A stretch of DNA of 64,000 nucleotides from the NCBI RefSeq assembly GCF_009834535.1, contig NC_045697.1:105340001-105404000 (forward strand), written 5' to 3'. A model generated the notes under the pieces. It had not been told where the DNA came from, ran no database searches, and worked only from the letters and a program-made list of their open reading frames with translations. Position numbers and translations under genes: made by a program. The stretch is from Camelus ferus (Eukaryota). How positions within the stretch are numbered: position 1 is the first letter of the stretch; each line of letters opens with the position of its first letter. Shown in pieces: positions 12,571 through 26,964 of the stretch.

Positions 12571-15500
12571 TACATCACAGGACTTCGGATGGTACCTGCT
12601 GCCAAATTACTCGTCTCTCTTTATGCTCCCAGTTAACAGGCTTCACAGTGGCATCCATCTCCCCAATCAATTGTTCTCCTCCCGGGGAATCTGATAGATG
12701 AAAAACGCTACCTACTTGTTGGCTTTCACTGTCCATCTCTCTACTTACTAGCATGACTCAACAGTTTAGAAGTTCACACACTCTGTCTGTATTGGTTTCT
12801 TTCTGAGCTGTCTCGTTCATGTCCTTTTTTTTTTTCCCCTCCCCCACCCCTACTAGAAGTCTCCATGATTTTCTTATTGATTTGTATTAGCTCTTAATAT
12901 AGAGATAATTAACCTAATCACCATTCCCTATCTTTCGTCTTAATTTTATTTGGTGCATAGGCGTTCTGAATTTTTATGTAATCACAATGCTCAGCTTATG
13001 TGTGTGAGCTTTCTCCCATCACTCTGGTCTTATAAAGTGCTTCCCTCTCCAGGAGTCGGATATGTGATCAACTAAATGTTGTTTCTCGATTGAGGTTCTA
13101 TTCCAGAGAACCTGGAAACCACCCGGTGAATGGTGCTGGCATTAAGTCTTCAGCACAGTGGAACTGCAGAGACTTGATACTATTGATGGTTTTTACATAA
13201 TATGTTTTCATCCTCATGTAGATTTCAGACTAGACAGTGACTATATGCTGACTTATTACAACAGAATGACTCCATCTGAGGAAAAGTCATAATCTAAGAC
13301 ACTTCCATCCCTGGTTACAGTCACATCAAAAGCCATATCTCAACCATGAAAATTATCCTTACCTTCAAAAACTCAGAGTAAAAGCTGTCATGGGCCTTCG
13401 CTGAACAATAATTCTAGCCCAGTGTTTAAAAATAATATAAAGGCAGCAGATTTTTCATAGCTGATCTAAATCCCTAACAGGATTTCTTCTTGTTTTATTC
13501 TGTTGTCCAAAGAAGACAGCAACTGTATATTTGGTATCATCAGCTTAACAGTTCTCATACTTGAATTGCATTATTATAGTTAGTGATTTTAACTGTGTGG
13601 AGGACAGAGGGATTGTGACTTTTTACTGACTTCTCAGGATTTCCCTTAGACCTGAGTACTACACCACAGGGCACGATCTGTGCGCCGTGTAGTTTGTTAA
13701 TGATAATGACATTGACGTTTGTGAATTATTTACTGTTAAAATAGAAACACAGAACAAATAGGTCCATGATTCTTCCTACAATAAAGCCACTCGCTCAGTT
13801 TGCATTCTAATGTTTTTCACAGGTGGGAAAAGAGATGGAAGTTAAAACCCTCAGAGTCTATCACTATGCAGCCTGTCTGATCTATGCTGCAGCCCATAAT
13901 AAGCAACTGTTAGTGAATAATGTGTTTATGCCGAGCATTGATTTTTATGAATACCACAAAAACAAAAAGCTCATGGTGCTATTTGCTTTGCTGCCCACAC
14001 ACACATACCCACACAACTGCATTTAAATCAAATCTGCCACGGAGTATGTGATATATGCGAATATTAATCTTCATTTGTATTGCTTTTAAAAAAGAGTTGA
14101 GAATCACTAGTCTAAACTATCTTCATAATAATCTCTATTTTTGGAATTCAGAGAAGAATAGAGCTCTCAATAGGATCTCAGGAGGGCACAAAGAACTGGG
14201 AGGATTTCCTCACTCTGAAATAATGTTAGTTTTGTGGTTGAATTTATTAACATCTACAGTGCTAATTCTTTTTGCGATGGAATCTCTTAGGTCATACTTT
14301 CACATGAGCAATTATTCATGCATGGAGTTCCTATTTGTTCCTATTCCTCTATTTCTAATTGAAATGATTAATAAAAGTCAACAAGAATGGTAAGCAGTAG
14401 GATTTCCACTGAGCACACACAGTATGCTAGCACTTGATATGGACCAGGTCAGATCCATGTCCTACAGCCATTAGGAGGTAAGGACTATTATTGCCACGCT
14501 CCTAAAGATGTGGAAACTCACCGACAGAGAGGTCAGGAAACTTGCCGAGGGTCAGGCAACAAGAGGAAGTATGACCTCAAAGTTGGCCTTCCTAGCCACC
14601 ACCATTCTCCCATATATTCATTTCTGGCATTATCTGCCATTTACCAAGATTACTCTGGCTTCTGATTATATCCTTTGTAAACAATGCTATCTCTCCCTGT
14701 CAGTATCTGTGAACTTACTGATCCTCATCTTTTTCGACTTTTTGGATATCAACTAATCAGATCAACTGATATCTCTGGCCTGCTTATATAGACCACTTCC
14801 CTCCTTCATGGAATTTTTTCGGCCCATAGAGCCATCTTGCATAAATATTTACCACATAAGACAATGTGACCAAATGTACAATCTAGCATTACTGTCAAAC
14901 ACACAATTCAAGTTGCATTTTCAATGATAAATGACCTACTGGTAGTTGATCACTGTAGTTCCCTTTTATTAGTGATGTATATTTTAACAATGACCAGGAG
15001 GAGTGGTTCTCAACCTGCAATCCAAGGGTTCATGAAATGATCCATGAATCCTCTGAAGCCATATGCAAAATTATATGCGTAAGTACCCTATATACTATAC
15101 TGGTGAACAGGTAGAGGTTCATTCTATTAGTAATCCTTCCACACTGAGAAAACAAATATATATACCAAGAATGGCAGAGGCTCCCAATGAACAGGCCAAA
15201 GAAAACACAATATAAGACACTTCTTAGGTGCTCCTAGACAGGCAATGATAACTAGTTCTGGATGGTCTAGGGACACACTTACTAATGGGGTCAATTTACT
15301 GAACCTTTTAGAGTTATATTAATGCTCATTCTTCCCCATGTATCAGAGAGTGGGACTGAATATGCATATATTGTTTTGGGAACACACTCTTGTTACTGCT
15401 AAATTTTTCTCATCATTGAAGCATCTATAAATGTACTCCATGAAAAAAAACCGTCAGATCTTCTCTCCCTCTAAAAACATATTGCGTTGACCCTTCCCAT

Positions 15501-15679
15501 TCATCATTTTTCTATCCTTCACAAGTTCTCATTATTACTAGGTAGTTTACTTTAATACTAGAAGACTCTTATTAATGATAATGCTTGGAGACTCAAGTAT
15601 CGTGGTTAACATTTCTACTTAAATAAAAGATAATTAATAACTAACTGTATGATCAGCTTTTGAAACGATGGGTAGTACA

Positions 15680-16130
15680 GTTTTTGTTTGCCCAGAACAC
15701 TCTGGAGACCCATCTTGCTGTGTTCCTAGTCCACAGGGTTGGGTGAGGCCAAGCACCCACCCCAACGGGCACACATGTACACACAGGCACCATCTAACTC
15801 ACGGTTGGACATGAGAACCAAGGCTGGCCAATCAGAATCTATTAAGAAAGGAGCAGTTCCTTTCACCAGGATCAATAACTAATGAAAACTCAAGCCCAGA
15901 GTGATGCTGGCCATAGCCCCCAAGCACAGAGTTGAAATAAAAAGAAAAACGCTCCAACAGATGAAGAGACAAAGAAATTTATAATATCACCATTTAAAAC
16001 CTGGAATCTAGCCAAGCTGAGGCTTACCCCCTTGAACTTCTTCCATTTTTGCGAGCCAAGAGATTCTGTTTTGTTTAAACTAGCATGAGATGGTTTCCTG
16101 TGCTGTTTACAAATCAAGAGTTCTGACGAA
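15680..16130. mobile_element. Old LTR remnant (MaLR/ERVL-like)
   Basis: 'ggctggccaatcagaatc' and a terminal 'ttgtttaaactagcatgagatggtttcctgtgctg...aagagttctgac' pattern. Confidence 0.5.
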
Positions 16131-19100
16131 TCATACTAAATTCACTTACAGCCATCATGTAATTTTATTAATAAAATGAATATTTATTTTCTAAGTGGTT
16201 CTTTCCCATGTTCTTAAAACATTACATGGGGCCTCCAGAAGAGCTCTTACCACAGTTGAATATGCAATGGGATCGTGGCTGTGTCTGTGTCTAGACTGGG
16301 TATTCTGAAGGATGAGAAGTTCCCATTCTTGCTCTGACCATACACCCAAGACTCTGCCCTGACAGATTTAAGTGCTTAAAAAATGGTTGTTGAGTGGCAA
16401 TCAGTCCTGAACACAGCTCGTACATGACCTTGTCTATATTAGTGCAGAAGAGTCAATGTTCAGGATGACCAGTCCCTGCCTCCTTTCTGCTTGGAGGGGC
16501 TCACACACTGCACCTGCAGTGCACCTCGCAATCTTACTTCATCAGTGCAAGGCAACCCCATTTTTATTAGGATTAAGTGCTATTTTTACTGTGATAAAAG
16601 AGCCATGACATTGCATTTACTATTTCAGCCATTTTTAAGTGTAAATAAGGGCATTCACATTGTTGCACAACCATCACCACGTCCATCTCCCGAACTTCCG
16701 AGGAGTAACATGCATCGCTGTTTCAGATTCCAGGCAGTTCAGTAAACAGAACTGGTACTTCATTTAGTTACTTCTGGGGAGCAGTGCATGCCTGTTTTAA
16801 AAGTCTCCATGTTTTCTGTCTTGTACAGTCTCTCTTGGGCCAAGGACCAGGGAAGGGCACCCCCTTTTAAAGTCAAGCAACTGAAATAAACACTGTCTAA
16901 AAATAGTATGACAATCAAACTTTTATCATTCCTCATTGATGAAAAGCCTTATGTAACTCAGGCTTAGCATGCTCTCCATCAGTTACGTGTCTGGAAGAGG
17001 CTGACTGTGCAGGGACTCTGAGACAGTCATTTCCCCCATTAGGATAAAATATCGATTTCTTAAAAATTGTGTCTACTTTCCTTAAAACCCTCATCATACT
17101 AAATTTGATTATTTCTGCTACAGTAGAATTGGCAAGAATCAAATTTCTTAAAAAAGCATATTTCATCAGTGTTATGAAATCAGAGGCTAGACCATATTTG
17201 ACACTTAAGATTTCTATTCTTTACTTCTTCCATTCTTGGGTACTGGCAACAAATTCATCCCTCAAAAAATGCACAGTTCATGCAATTATACCCTCTTACA
17301 AAAATCCTTGCCTTTTTAAATGAACATTGGCTCAAAAATAGGGGGTCCCTGCTGATAGACATCGAAGAACCACCCATGGAGCTCATGTTTCAGAAGTCAT
17401 GCACATGTAAGAGCTATCAGCTTTAGATTTTCACCACGAAAGGTTGCTATGTTTAGTATTTCTCCAGTTCTCAAAAAAAAAAAACAAACAAACAAACAAA
17501 AAAACAACAGTACTTAGGAGGGGAAAAGACTGCTGTTTTCACCTGAATCATAGCAACCAAGTCCAAAATACAGCGTATATGTCAACAAAATTATCATATT
17601 TCTGCCACATACAGAAACACAAAATGCTTCCAGAAGTCTCAGAGGAATACTCCACAGGTACACTTACCTCAACGGGGTCTGAAAATGACAGAGAAAGGAA
17701 GGGAAAAAAAAATACTTTATTGTAGGACCATAAATTCTTCAGTCATACCTTAAAGCTTCCAAGAACAAAAGCCTCTCCGAACACAATTTCCATTTCAAAA
17801 ACATAGTGACCATCCGAAGGGGAGGAAATAAAAGAACATCTGCTCTTCACCTCTCTACCCTCCCAAACGCTGCACTCAGAATCTCTTCTCGAACTTATCA
17901 GAAAAATATTTTTTAAGTAAATACAAACTCTACCACAGGACAGAGGAAAATAAGCATGTTTCCACTTCTGAAAAAGGCACTGTGAATTCAAACACCATTG
18001 ACCTGAGGACATAATAAATGGACTATCAGACGAGCTGAGACTCCTCTGTTCCTTCACATCCTTGTATGTACGTCAGAATTCCATATGTCACCATTTCTAA
18101 TTCACTTACATAATCTTTCACTGGCTTGCTTTCCAACTTAGTCAAACCAGGAGCTGGCTCTTCCTGTTTCCATTTCCCGGGGATATTTTCCCCCTAGTCT
18201 AATAAAATGCATTCTCTTTTGGTATCAAAATGATCAGGTTGACCTTCATCCAAATAACAAAACTCTTTTGCTCCTTTTAAAAGTCATGATGATGCTTCAA
18301 TTTCCTCCTCGTTACTATAAAGCTGTGTCTTTCTTCCCTATACTCTTTGCAACTCTTTTTGTAGGGCTGTTAACACACAGTGGTTTGGTGGCACAGGGGG
18401 AAAGAAACAGGCTTGAGGGCAGATAATCTGGCCTGAAATGACCTCTTCCCGTAAACCATCCAATACTTATCCCTTGTCTTCCGTTCCAGCCACTCAGCCT
18501 GAATTACCAACATCATAGCCTCCCAACTGCTTTTTAAAGTTTCTGTCCCTGTTTCCTATCTCTCCTACCAGATTGACTTTTCTACCCTTTTATATCCTTT
18601 CCAGGTTTAAAAGAAAAATGTTTGCTAGTACTATGTTAAAAATGCCAAACACTTCTTTTTAGCATTCAGATTTCTACAGTCTGGTGCTCCCCAGTTACCA
18701 TTAACCCCATCCAAGCAGGCCTTGTTTGTCCTGTGCACACACACGTGACCTGTGCCATTACTTCCTTCTGTAACACCTCTGCACTCCTCACCATACACCA
18801 GCAATCTACAAACATCAGTTGAAATCTCACCTCCTGTGTTCTAGCCCACATGAAACTCTTCCTTTTCTAATCTTTGGTAACTCTTCTTACTGCCTCACAC
18901 AACCAAACACATAATTAGGGAACAACAACAACAACAACAAAAAGGCTGTATAGACTCATGTGAGTCCTCTCCCCCAGTGAGATGCGAATACCGGGGAGAC
19001 GTTTGGTTTGCTTCCCATTCATTTGGTTTGTTCGCCCACATTAAGAACATAGTAGGTGCTAAATAATTTGAGAGTTGCCTATTTTTTTCCCCTCTGCCAA

Positions 19101-19169
19101 CACAGAATTTACAAAGCTGTTTTGCTCTTAGGTCTAGGTCTTCCATCAAAAAGCTTATATTAAAATACG

Positions 19170-20040
19170 CTGATAATGGAACTCAGAAAGAAGAAAGCAA
19201 CCCAATCAAAATGGGAAAAAGAGTTAACAGGCATGAAAAAGTATATGGATGGTAGTTAAGCACACTGGAAAGATGTTCAGTATCATGTAGGCACTAGAGA
19301 AATGCCAATTTAAACCACAATGGGTTATCAGTACTGTTATAATGTCTAAACTTAAAAAGACTGACTCTCTCAAACGTTGGCACGGATGGAATGCAACCGG
19401 AACTCTCGTACACTGCTAATGGGAATGTAAAATGGTACAACCACTTTGGAAAACAATTTGATTCTCTCTTCAAAATTAAACCAGACACCAACACCTAAAG
19501 TATGATCTAGCCATTTTAGCTGCAGGTATTTCCTGGAATAAAAATACAGCACAGGTCCATAGAAAGATTTGCATGTGAATGTTTAGAGCAGCTTTATTTG
19601 AAATAGCCCGAACTGGAAACAACCCAAATGTCCACCAACAGGTGAAGGGACGAACAAACTACGGTACAGGCCATGAATGGAAGACCACTCAGCACTAAAC
19701 AGAAACGAACTGCTGGTGCATGCAGTGACACGGATGAATCTCCAGTGTATTATGCTAAATGAAGGAACCCAGAAATAAAAGGCTGTATAAAGTATGGTTC
19801 CATTTTTATGACAATCTAGAAAAAAACAAAACTATGGGATGGGGAGTGTATAAATGGAGGGTTTGGGAGAAAGGAGAGGGGCTGAATTACTGAAGGGGCA
19901 ACACAAAGGAACTGTGGTGGGTGACAGAACTATTCTGCATCTTGGATGGGTAGTGGTTCGATGACTCTGCACTTGTCAAAACTCACGGAACTGTACACCC
20001 AAGAGAGAAAATGTTACTGTTTATAAACTGAAATTAAATG
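19170..20040 (+). mobile_element. LINE-1 (L1M) ORF2 end and 3'UTR
   Basis: 'gggaatgtaaaatggtacaaccactttggaaaac', 'aactggaaacaacccaaatgtccaccaacagg' and 'gtcaaaactcacggaactgtacacc'. Confidence 0.85.
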
Positions 20041-20319
20041 AATGACCTCATAATGAAGACTAAGAGTGTCACCATACAGCTTGGAATACACCCTTACCAA
20101 CTGCTCTATTATGCTGAGATTAGAAAAAACAAGAACAGCATCTGCTGATTATTTTGTGAAAATCCCTAAAAATATGCTGAGAGGTCACAACAATTTTTGC
20201 TAAACCCAGCAGAACTCTCAGCATTACTTAACGATAATTTTATTAGTTTCACACAATCACCAACACTTATCTCGTCACCCCTGATATATACCTGTTCCCC
20301 AAGCCCCTCTTCCAACCAA

Positions 20320-20770
20320 TGCATTCAGTCCATCAGGATTTACTGAACATCCACAGGGTACCCTGGCACTGTATTAGGTATGGCAAATGTACTGGTGAAA
20401 CAGAACAGCCTGAGGTCCTGCTCCCAGGAAATTCACATTCTAATTAGGGAAGTGAAGTAAACAAGGATCACTTCTGATAGGTGTGCACTATGAAGACAAC
20501 AAAGGAGGGTGATGTGTTAGGAGATGGGGGGTGTCACCACTTTAAATAAAGTGGCCAGGGAAGGCCTCCTGGAGAGGGTGACACCAGAGCTCATCCGGAG
20601 TGACAAGAAGGGGCAAGAAACCCAAATGTGAAGGCAGAGCCTTCTTGGCAGAGGGGCCAGTAACCACAGAGGCCCCCAGAAAGAAGGAGGCTTGGTTCGT
20701 CTGAGCCCCAGAAAGGTCAGCGTGAGGAATGAGCAGGAAGAAACAAGATATTCACTAAGGTAGTCGGGAG
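20320..20770. mobile_element. L2 fragment
   Basis: 'tttactgaacatccac...ctggcactgtattagg' and 'gtggccagggaaggcctc'. Confidence 0.6.
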
Positions 20771-22319
20771 CCCAATAACTTAGTGCTTTTTAGACCCTAA
20801 GTTATTTCACTTGAGGCTGCTTGCACTGAGACACAGTCACCGGGCTTTAGATCCACCACCCAATCTGAGTTATGCTTGTAAAAGAGCCACCTGCCTATTA
20901 TTCCAGGGCATTCAACGTTCATCTTCTGTAGCTTAAGTACGTGTTTCTTCACCCACCTCTGCTCTGCGGCCTCACGCCAATCACGTACACCAACTGAGTT
21001 GCAGTTTCCGTGTCTGTCAAACAGTGACACGAGCTACCAGCAACTGCTTATGCACACCGGTGGCGGCTGGTGGGGAAATATCTGACTCTAAGGCTAACCT
21101 GCTGTCTCCCTTCTTTCCCCACCTTCCCAGGACTTGGCCCCCATCCAGTACCTCCCCTCTAATGTTTTCAACCTCAGTCTCAGCACGGGTCTACCGCCCT
21201 CTGACTCCCATCCCGCTGTTTCTTTGTGCCAACATCCCTTCCCTGGACCCCTTGCTCTCCACCACAAGACAGACACCTGCCAGAGGGTAAGCACTGCCCC
21301 CACACACCCCGAGGTTTCTCCTCCTCACTGCTAACTTACTCCTGTGCCAATCACGGCCCGAGCCCCATGCCCACTGCTCTGCAGAATTCCTTCTGGAAAA
21401 ATCACCAGCCCCCACTATTCCACCTAATTTCCTGGACTTCCCAGCCCCCTGACTGGGTTTGGAACCACCATCTCCTAGCAGAAGGGAAGGTTAATGTACT
21501 AGACCAAAGGGCAGGGTTCTACTCCCAGCTCTGTCACCAGCTGCTTTGAATGGAACTAGAAAAGCCCTATCACCTCCCTGGGCCGCAGCTTCAGTATGGG
21601 CGCCCTTAGGAAGGCTGGGTTTACACACAGCCTTAGAACCCTTCTGACCTGGAAATTCTAAGACTCCGTGGTTCTTCCCTTGGGCATCCGTGACTTGGCG
21701 CTGTCTTGATTGTCCAGACAACTTCCAGTCTCCTTTATTAGCATGTGCTGCTCATCTCCTAAATGGGTTCTGTTCCTCCCAAGTCCAAGCAAATGTACTT
21801 TCAACTGTCCTTGAGTCGTATGTACACCCTCTCCATAGGGAGCACCCATGCTGGCCCCTCCATAGGTGCCTTCTATGAGGAGGCCTCCCACACCTCCAGA
21901 TCAACACTTCCGCCTGTATGGAGAACTCGTCCAATCAGAGGGAGTCTGCAACTGTAAAACTCACGGAGCCAAGATACATCACCATTTCTTCTCAACCTCC
22001 TCATTTCTCTTCATGGCTCACCATCCTCTATGACTGTCAAGCTCATGACCTGTGAGTGTTCATGGATTTTCCACTTAACTTCCCTCTCCACTTCCACTCA
22101 GACAGCAACTCCTCTCCTGCCTCTTCCTCAACAAAGCCAAGAGGCAAGGCAGAGCGAAGGAGAGAACCACAGAAGGGGGTAGGGTGTGGATGGCTATGGT
22201 GGCCCAGAGTGGGGCAGCAAGCCCAAGGGTGGCTCTGAGACCCCACAGAGAGTCAGAGTCCCGATGGAGTCGGGGCAATTGGAATAAATTACTGGGATAA
22301 ATTTAGTTTATCCCTTTAT

Positions 22320-22620
22320 TTCGAGATTTGCAGATACTAATATATATAAAATAGATAAACAACAAGTTTACACTGTGTAGTAGAGGGAACCATATTCATT
22401 ATCGTGTAGTAACCTACTGGTGAAGAATATGAGAACGAATGTATGTATGTTCCTATGTGGACTGAAGCATTGTGCTGTACACCAGAAACTGACACAACAC
22501 TGTAAACTGGCTGTACTTCAAACACTGGAATTTGACACAACATTGTAAAATGATTATAAATCAATAAAAAATGTTAAAAAAATGGCTGTACTTCAATAAG
22601 ACTATATTAAAAAAATAAAG
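22320..22620 (+). mobile_element. LINE-1 3' end containing a nested 61-bp younger L1 tail
   Basis: The host L1 3'UTR is interrupted at 22522-22582. TSD tggctgtacttcaa at 22508-22521 and 22583-22596. Confidence 0.82.
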
Positions 22621-22699
22621 GCAGCAACAGGCTGTAACTCACTGCATTAAAATAAGAAACAATGATGCCACGAAGATAAAGATAAAGAAAATTAAATGA

Positions 22700-23310
22700 A
22701 TAAACAAAAGGTGATGCAGATTGGGATGCAGACACTTCAAAGCACCACGCCCCCAATCATCTCCCAATTGCAAAGAGGAAAAGAGTAACTTGACCTTGGA
22801 GACGCCTAGCAGAGGACACCTGGATCACGTGCTGCAAAGGGACAGGAAGGGCACCGAGGGAAGTGGCCTGGTCTAGGGTGGGCAGCTATAGGAAGAATGC
22901 AGCACCCCTTCTGCAGTATTCCTGCCACGGGCCACCCCCGAGTCAGGGCGTGAGGAAACAGGATAAACCCAAATCGAGGGGCTTTCTGCTAGAGGGCTGG
23001 GCTTTAATCTTTCAAAGTCAAGTCATGAAATCCAGGAAAGACTAAGGAACTATCCCAGACTGGAGGTGACTAGAGAGTCATGACGGCTAAAAGGACAAGA
23101 CAACTCTGAATCAGGGTCCTTTCCCCACAGAAGATGTTACTGGGACAATTGGCAAAACCAAGAATAAAGATGTCGGTGACTTTAATGTTAGTTTCTGGAT
23201 TTTGATGGTTGTGTTGTGCTTACATGAGAGAATGTCCTTGTTTATTGCTCTTCTTAAGGGACTCCCAATTTTTTCCTAAGTCTGGGGTTACTTTCAAAAT
23301 AAAATTTTTA
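22700..23310 (+). mobile_element. Old L1M 3' region (L1MC/MD-like)
   Basis: 'aaacccaaatcgaggg...aaggaactatcccagactggaggtgactagagag...tactgggacaattggcaaaac'. Confidence 0.55.
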
Positions 23311-23493
23311 TACAAAAATCAATGACGACAAAGTCATCTTCTGTAATATGTCACATCTGTCCCCTTTTCCATTACCCTGGCATCATCGCTCCAGAGAATC
23401 AAGTTCCCATTCTTCTGCACTGTTACAGTAACTTTAAAAAAATTTTTTCCCTTCCAGTTTATTGGGATATAGTTGGCATACAGCACTGTATAT

Positions 23494-23603
23494 GGGAGGT
23501 GGGGAGTTAGGTTCTATTTATTTATTTAATTGAGGTACTGGGGATTGAACCCACGACCTCTGCATGCTAGGCACACACTCTACCATTGAGCTATACCCTT
23601 CCC
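23494..23603 (-). mobile_element. Vic-1-like SINE
   Basis: gaggtactggggattgaacccacgacc...ccattgagctatacccttccc. Confidence 0.87.
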
Positions 23604-24339
23604 ATAGAATAATTTTTACTTATTGTAACAAGTTAAAAAGTTTAACATCTTTACGCTCCAATCCACACTACAACCACTGCCTAATGAATATTTTTCCAAA
23701 GTGCACGTGGGCTCACGCTATCTCCCTGCTCCAACATTTCAGTAACTCCCTGCTTATCCACCAAATTAGGACACCAACTTCTTAGTGTGACTTTCAAGTT
23801 CCACTGGAATCCCATTCCAACGCACCTCCTCCAGGCTTTCTTCCCCGCTAGTTCCCTCTATCACAGCCCAACCACACTCAGTGTTTCCTGCCCACCAGGG
23901 TTGTGCTCACACTAACTCCCTCCACCAGCAAGCGCCCACCCAACCCCCTGCAAATCTTTCAAGATGAAGGATATATACCAACTCTGATCATCCCCTCCCC
24001 ATGTCCCCATTTTCCAAGACTCGCCCAGAAAATCCTTTCCTGTCACAACACCCCAAGTCGATGTTGCCCATTACAAACCTTATTTCATCCCGTTTTGGGT
24101 GCAATCTTCATATATTTGTTTCAACAGCCCTTCATGTGTATGGCGAGGACACATGAAGGGATCATCATTGATAAAATGAAGTCATGGCCACAGTTAGGAA
24201 TTCAGACTGGCCAGTTACCATCTTACATGCTCTCCCTAGGATATTAACTTTGTAAGTATTCAAATTACTTTTTGTTTGTCCTCTCTTCCTTCCTTGGACA
24301 AGAGTGTTCTATTTCTTGCATAAAATAAAGGCAATTTCT

Positions 24340-24439
24340 NNNNNNNNNNNNNNNNNNNNNNNNNNNNNNNNNNNNNNNNNNNNNNNNNNNNNNNNNNNNN
24401 NNNNNNNNNNNNNNNNNNNNNNNNNNNNNNNNNNNNNNN
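24340..24439. other. Assembly gap (100 N)
   Basis: Run of exactly 100 N, usually a placeholder for a gap of unknown size. Confidence 0.99.
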
Positions 24440-25735
24440 ACCTCTTTTCTACATAGAAATTTTGGCCTTGGCCATACCACTAACAATCATAAATCCAGAG
24501 GTTTCCAGAGCGTCAATTAAGTAACACGTGCTTATATATAATTACATTTTAACTTCATCATTACCTTACTATATAAAGAACAAAATCAACCTCTTGAAAC
24601 CGAAAATAAAGTCTCTATTTGACAAGTTAAAAACTAGAAATTCTAAAATTTAAGATGAAGACATTGTCCATTTAATGCATTTATATCCCATGAATTCTCA
24701 CTAATAAATTTTGGAATGCAGTCCACAAAACTACACAATTTAATGGCTCTATTTAAAATGGAATCAACAGACCAATATTTTTCTCTCAATTTTAATTTAG
24801 TAAATGAAAGAAAACGACAAATTATTTAGCAGCAGAGCTGAAATTTTATCAATAGATGAGTAGTGTGAAACTATAGCAACAGTTGAAAGCCTGGGGCTGG
24901 GGGAGTATTACTTTGGAGGAAAAGAAATTAATGGCATCAAAGCATTAGGGGGAGTGAAGTGTTACCCCTAAATTACTGGTGATCAATACAACATGTACTG
25001 TCACTCTAAACATTACAAGGGTAGAAAAGGTCAGTCAGACACACGCAGAATTTCAATATTGCAAGAGGCATCAACTCTATAAATGACAAATCTCCAAGTC
25101 CTATTTTCAGCACGTTCACATCACTGGTACATAAGTGAACTGCCTTAAGTTGAATAATTTGAGTTTATTTAACTGAAACTAGGGCTTTTAACCTCAACTT
25201 TACAGTTTAAGTACAAAGTAATCAGTTCAAATTTACTAATACTTTAGATAATAAAAGGCAGACATACCGACAGATAAACCCAGGCTACTTGTGATGGTAA
25301 AAGCAAAATGTATGAAAGGATGCTGTACAGGTTGATTTGTTTATTAAAAAGCAGTAAGTTTTTTTTTTCAATAAAATGATCACCACTCTTACCGGAAATA
25401 TCATCAATGAATGAAAGTGAATGAATCATCAGAAGAAGCAAGTCTCATTTTAAAGTCATTTAAAATCTAAAATGTAGAAGTGCTATCTAGAATCCTAACC
25501 TGGAGAAATTCTAGTTACACTAGCAATTTCAAAATCAAAATGTTAGGAGACAAATAAGAAAAGAAAGTTTCATGTTTTCATTTCCAAATGACCTAAGTAG
25601 TTCTGTAATGAATTTTTTTATTATAGTAAATGTCAATAATCAATCTCTCCCCAGCAAAACCCATCACTCTTTCATATTCTGTATTACATAAAGATATTTT
25701 TATCTCAATGGCTGATATAGGAAATTTACTAAGAA

Positions 25736-25852
25736 GGGGTGGGCATAGCTCAGTGGTAGGGCACATGCTTGGCATGCATGAGGTCCCAGGTTCCATCCCC
25801 ATGCTTCCATTAAAAAAAATAAAAAGATCCTACTTAAACTTACCAAAAAAAA
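25736..25852 (+). mobile_element. Vic-1-like SINE
   Basis: ggggtgggcatagctcagtggtagggcacatgc...ggttccatcccc plus an A-rich tail. TSD core tttactaaga at 25725-25734 and 25855-25864. Confidence 0.87.
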
Positions 25853-26964
25853 GGTTTACTAAGAGACATGGCAAACTTTGTAACAAATTCCTTGACTTCT
25901 GAAGCTTTTGGTTTATTATAGAAGATAAATTTCGAAAATCTCCAGGGACAATTGAAAGATTAAAAAAATAACTGCAGGTATCACTAAATTGTTTCATTCT
26001 ATGATAGGAAAAAATGAAGCATATATTAAGATAAATTCCTGATTACTTGTCTTGAAATCTACCAGAATGTGCCCTTTGAAACAGTGAACTTTATATCTGA
26101 AAGTCTCAGTCAATGTTAGCACTGTGTTATGATGCTATCGAAGTGACTCTATGGCCATAAACACCCAATGTTATGTCAACAGAAAAACCCTGTTTCCAAA
26201 AGCAATCACATAAATGCAAAAGAACAAGGAACTCATAGTGTAAGTGTCAAATTTTATGAAAGGAAAGATCCGATTAAAAAAACCCACTACTTTTCAAAGT
26301 AAAACAACAGGTCACCCCTACTCACCCTTACCTTTAAATGGTAAATGGTAATGACATTTTTCTATCCTGACTACCCTGGAAACGCCAGAGCTAAGACTTG
26401 TGAATAAGATATACTTGAAACCAGACTAGCAAATATGTTAAGGGCTACTTCTATTTTTATTCTTAACATACATGACTCCAAGGAAACTATACAGCCATTT
26501 AGTAGCAATGCTGGTAGACCTTAGAGGGCATTTAGGTCAACACCTCTTTAAAATGAAGAAACTGAGGCTGCAACTCAGGGTCACAGCTTTGTGTCCCAGG
26601 TAACAGGGAATCTCCAATCTACATGACCCAACTGGGTCCGATGTCCATCACAGAGCTTTCTATCCAGCTTTTGTCACAATTTATTTTACAGTTTGGTAAT
26701 CAGACAGTCCACTAACTGGAAATTACTAACGGACACAACGTTGGTCACCAATCTCGCAGAATGCCCACAGGGCTGAAACAGACACTCACTCCACCATCAT
26801 TACCCATTTCTATCAGCTTGAAAAATTCACCTGGGTGAGAATCGTTTTTCTTATCTAGATGAGGCACCCCTCCCCTCAGCATAACATTCAGCAAAGCTAA
26901 CACAAACAAATTAATAGCCCCTTCTTTCGTTAACCTCTAAAGCATGGAAACGATGCATTCCAAA

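Noticed and set aside
22294..22314. gggataaa...tttatccc hairpin at an L1 5' junction
   Set aside because: Short; most simply a junction rearrangement with no functional evidence.
25736..25810. tRNA-like sequence (tagctcagtggtag...ggttccatcccc)
   Set aside because: It has an A-rich tail, a TSD and five paralogues in the window, so it is a tRNA-derived SINE rather than a tRNA gene.
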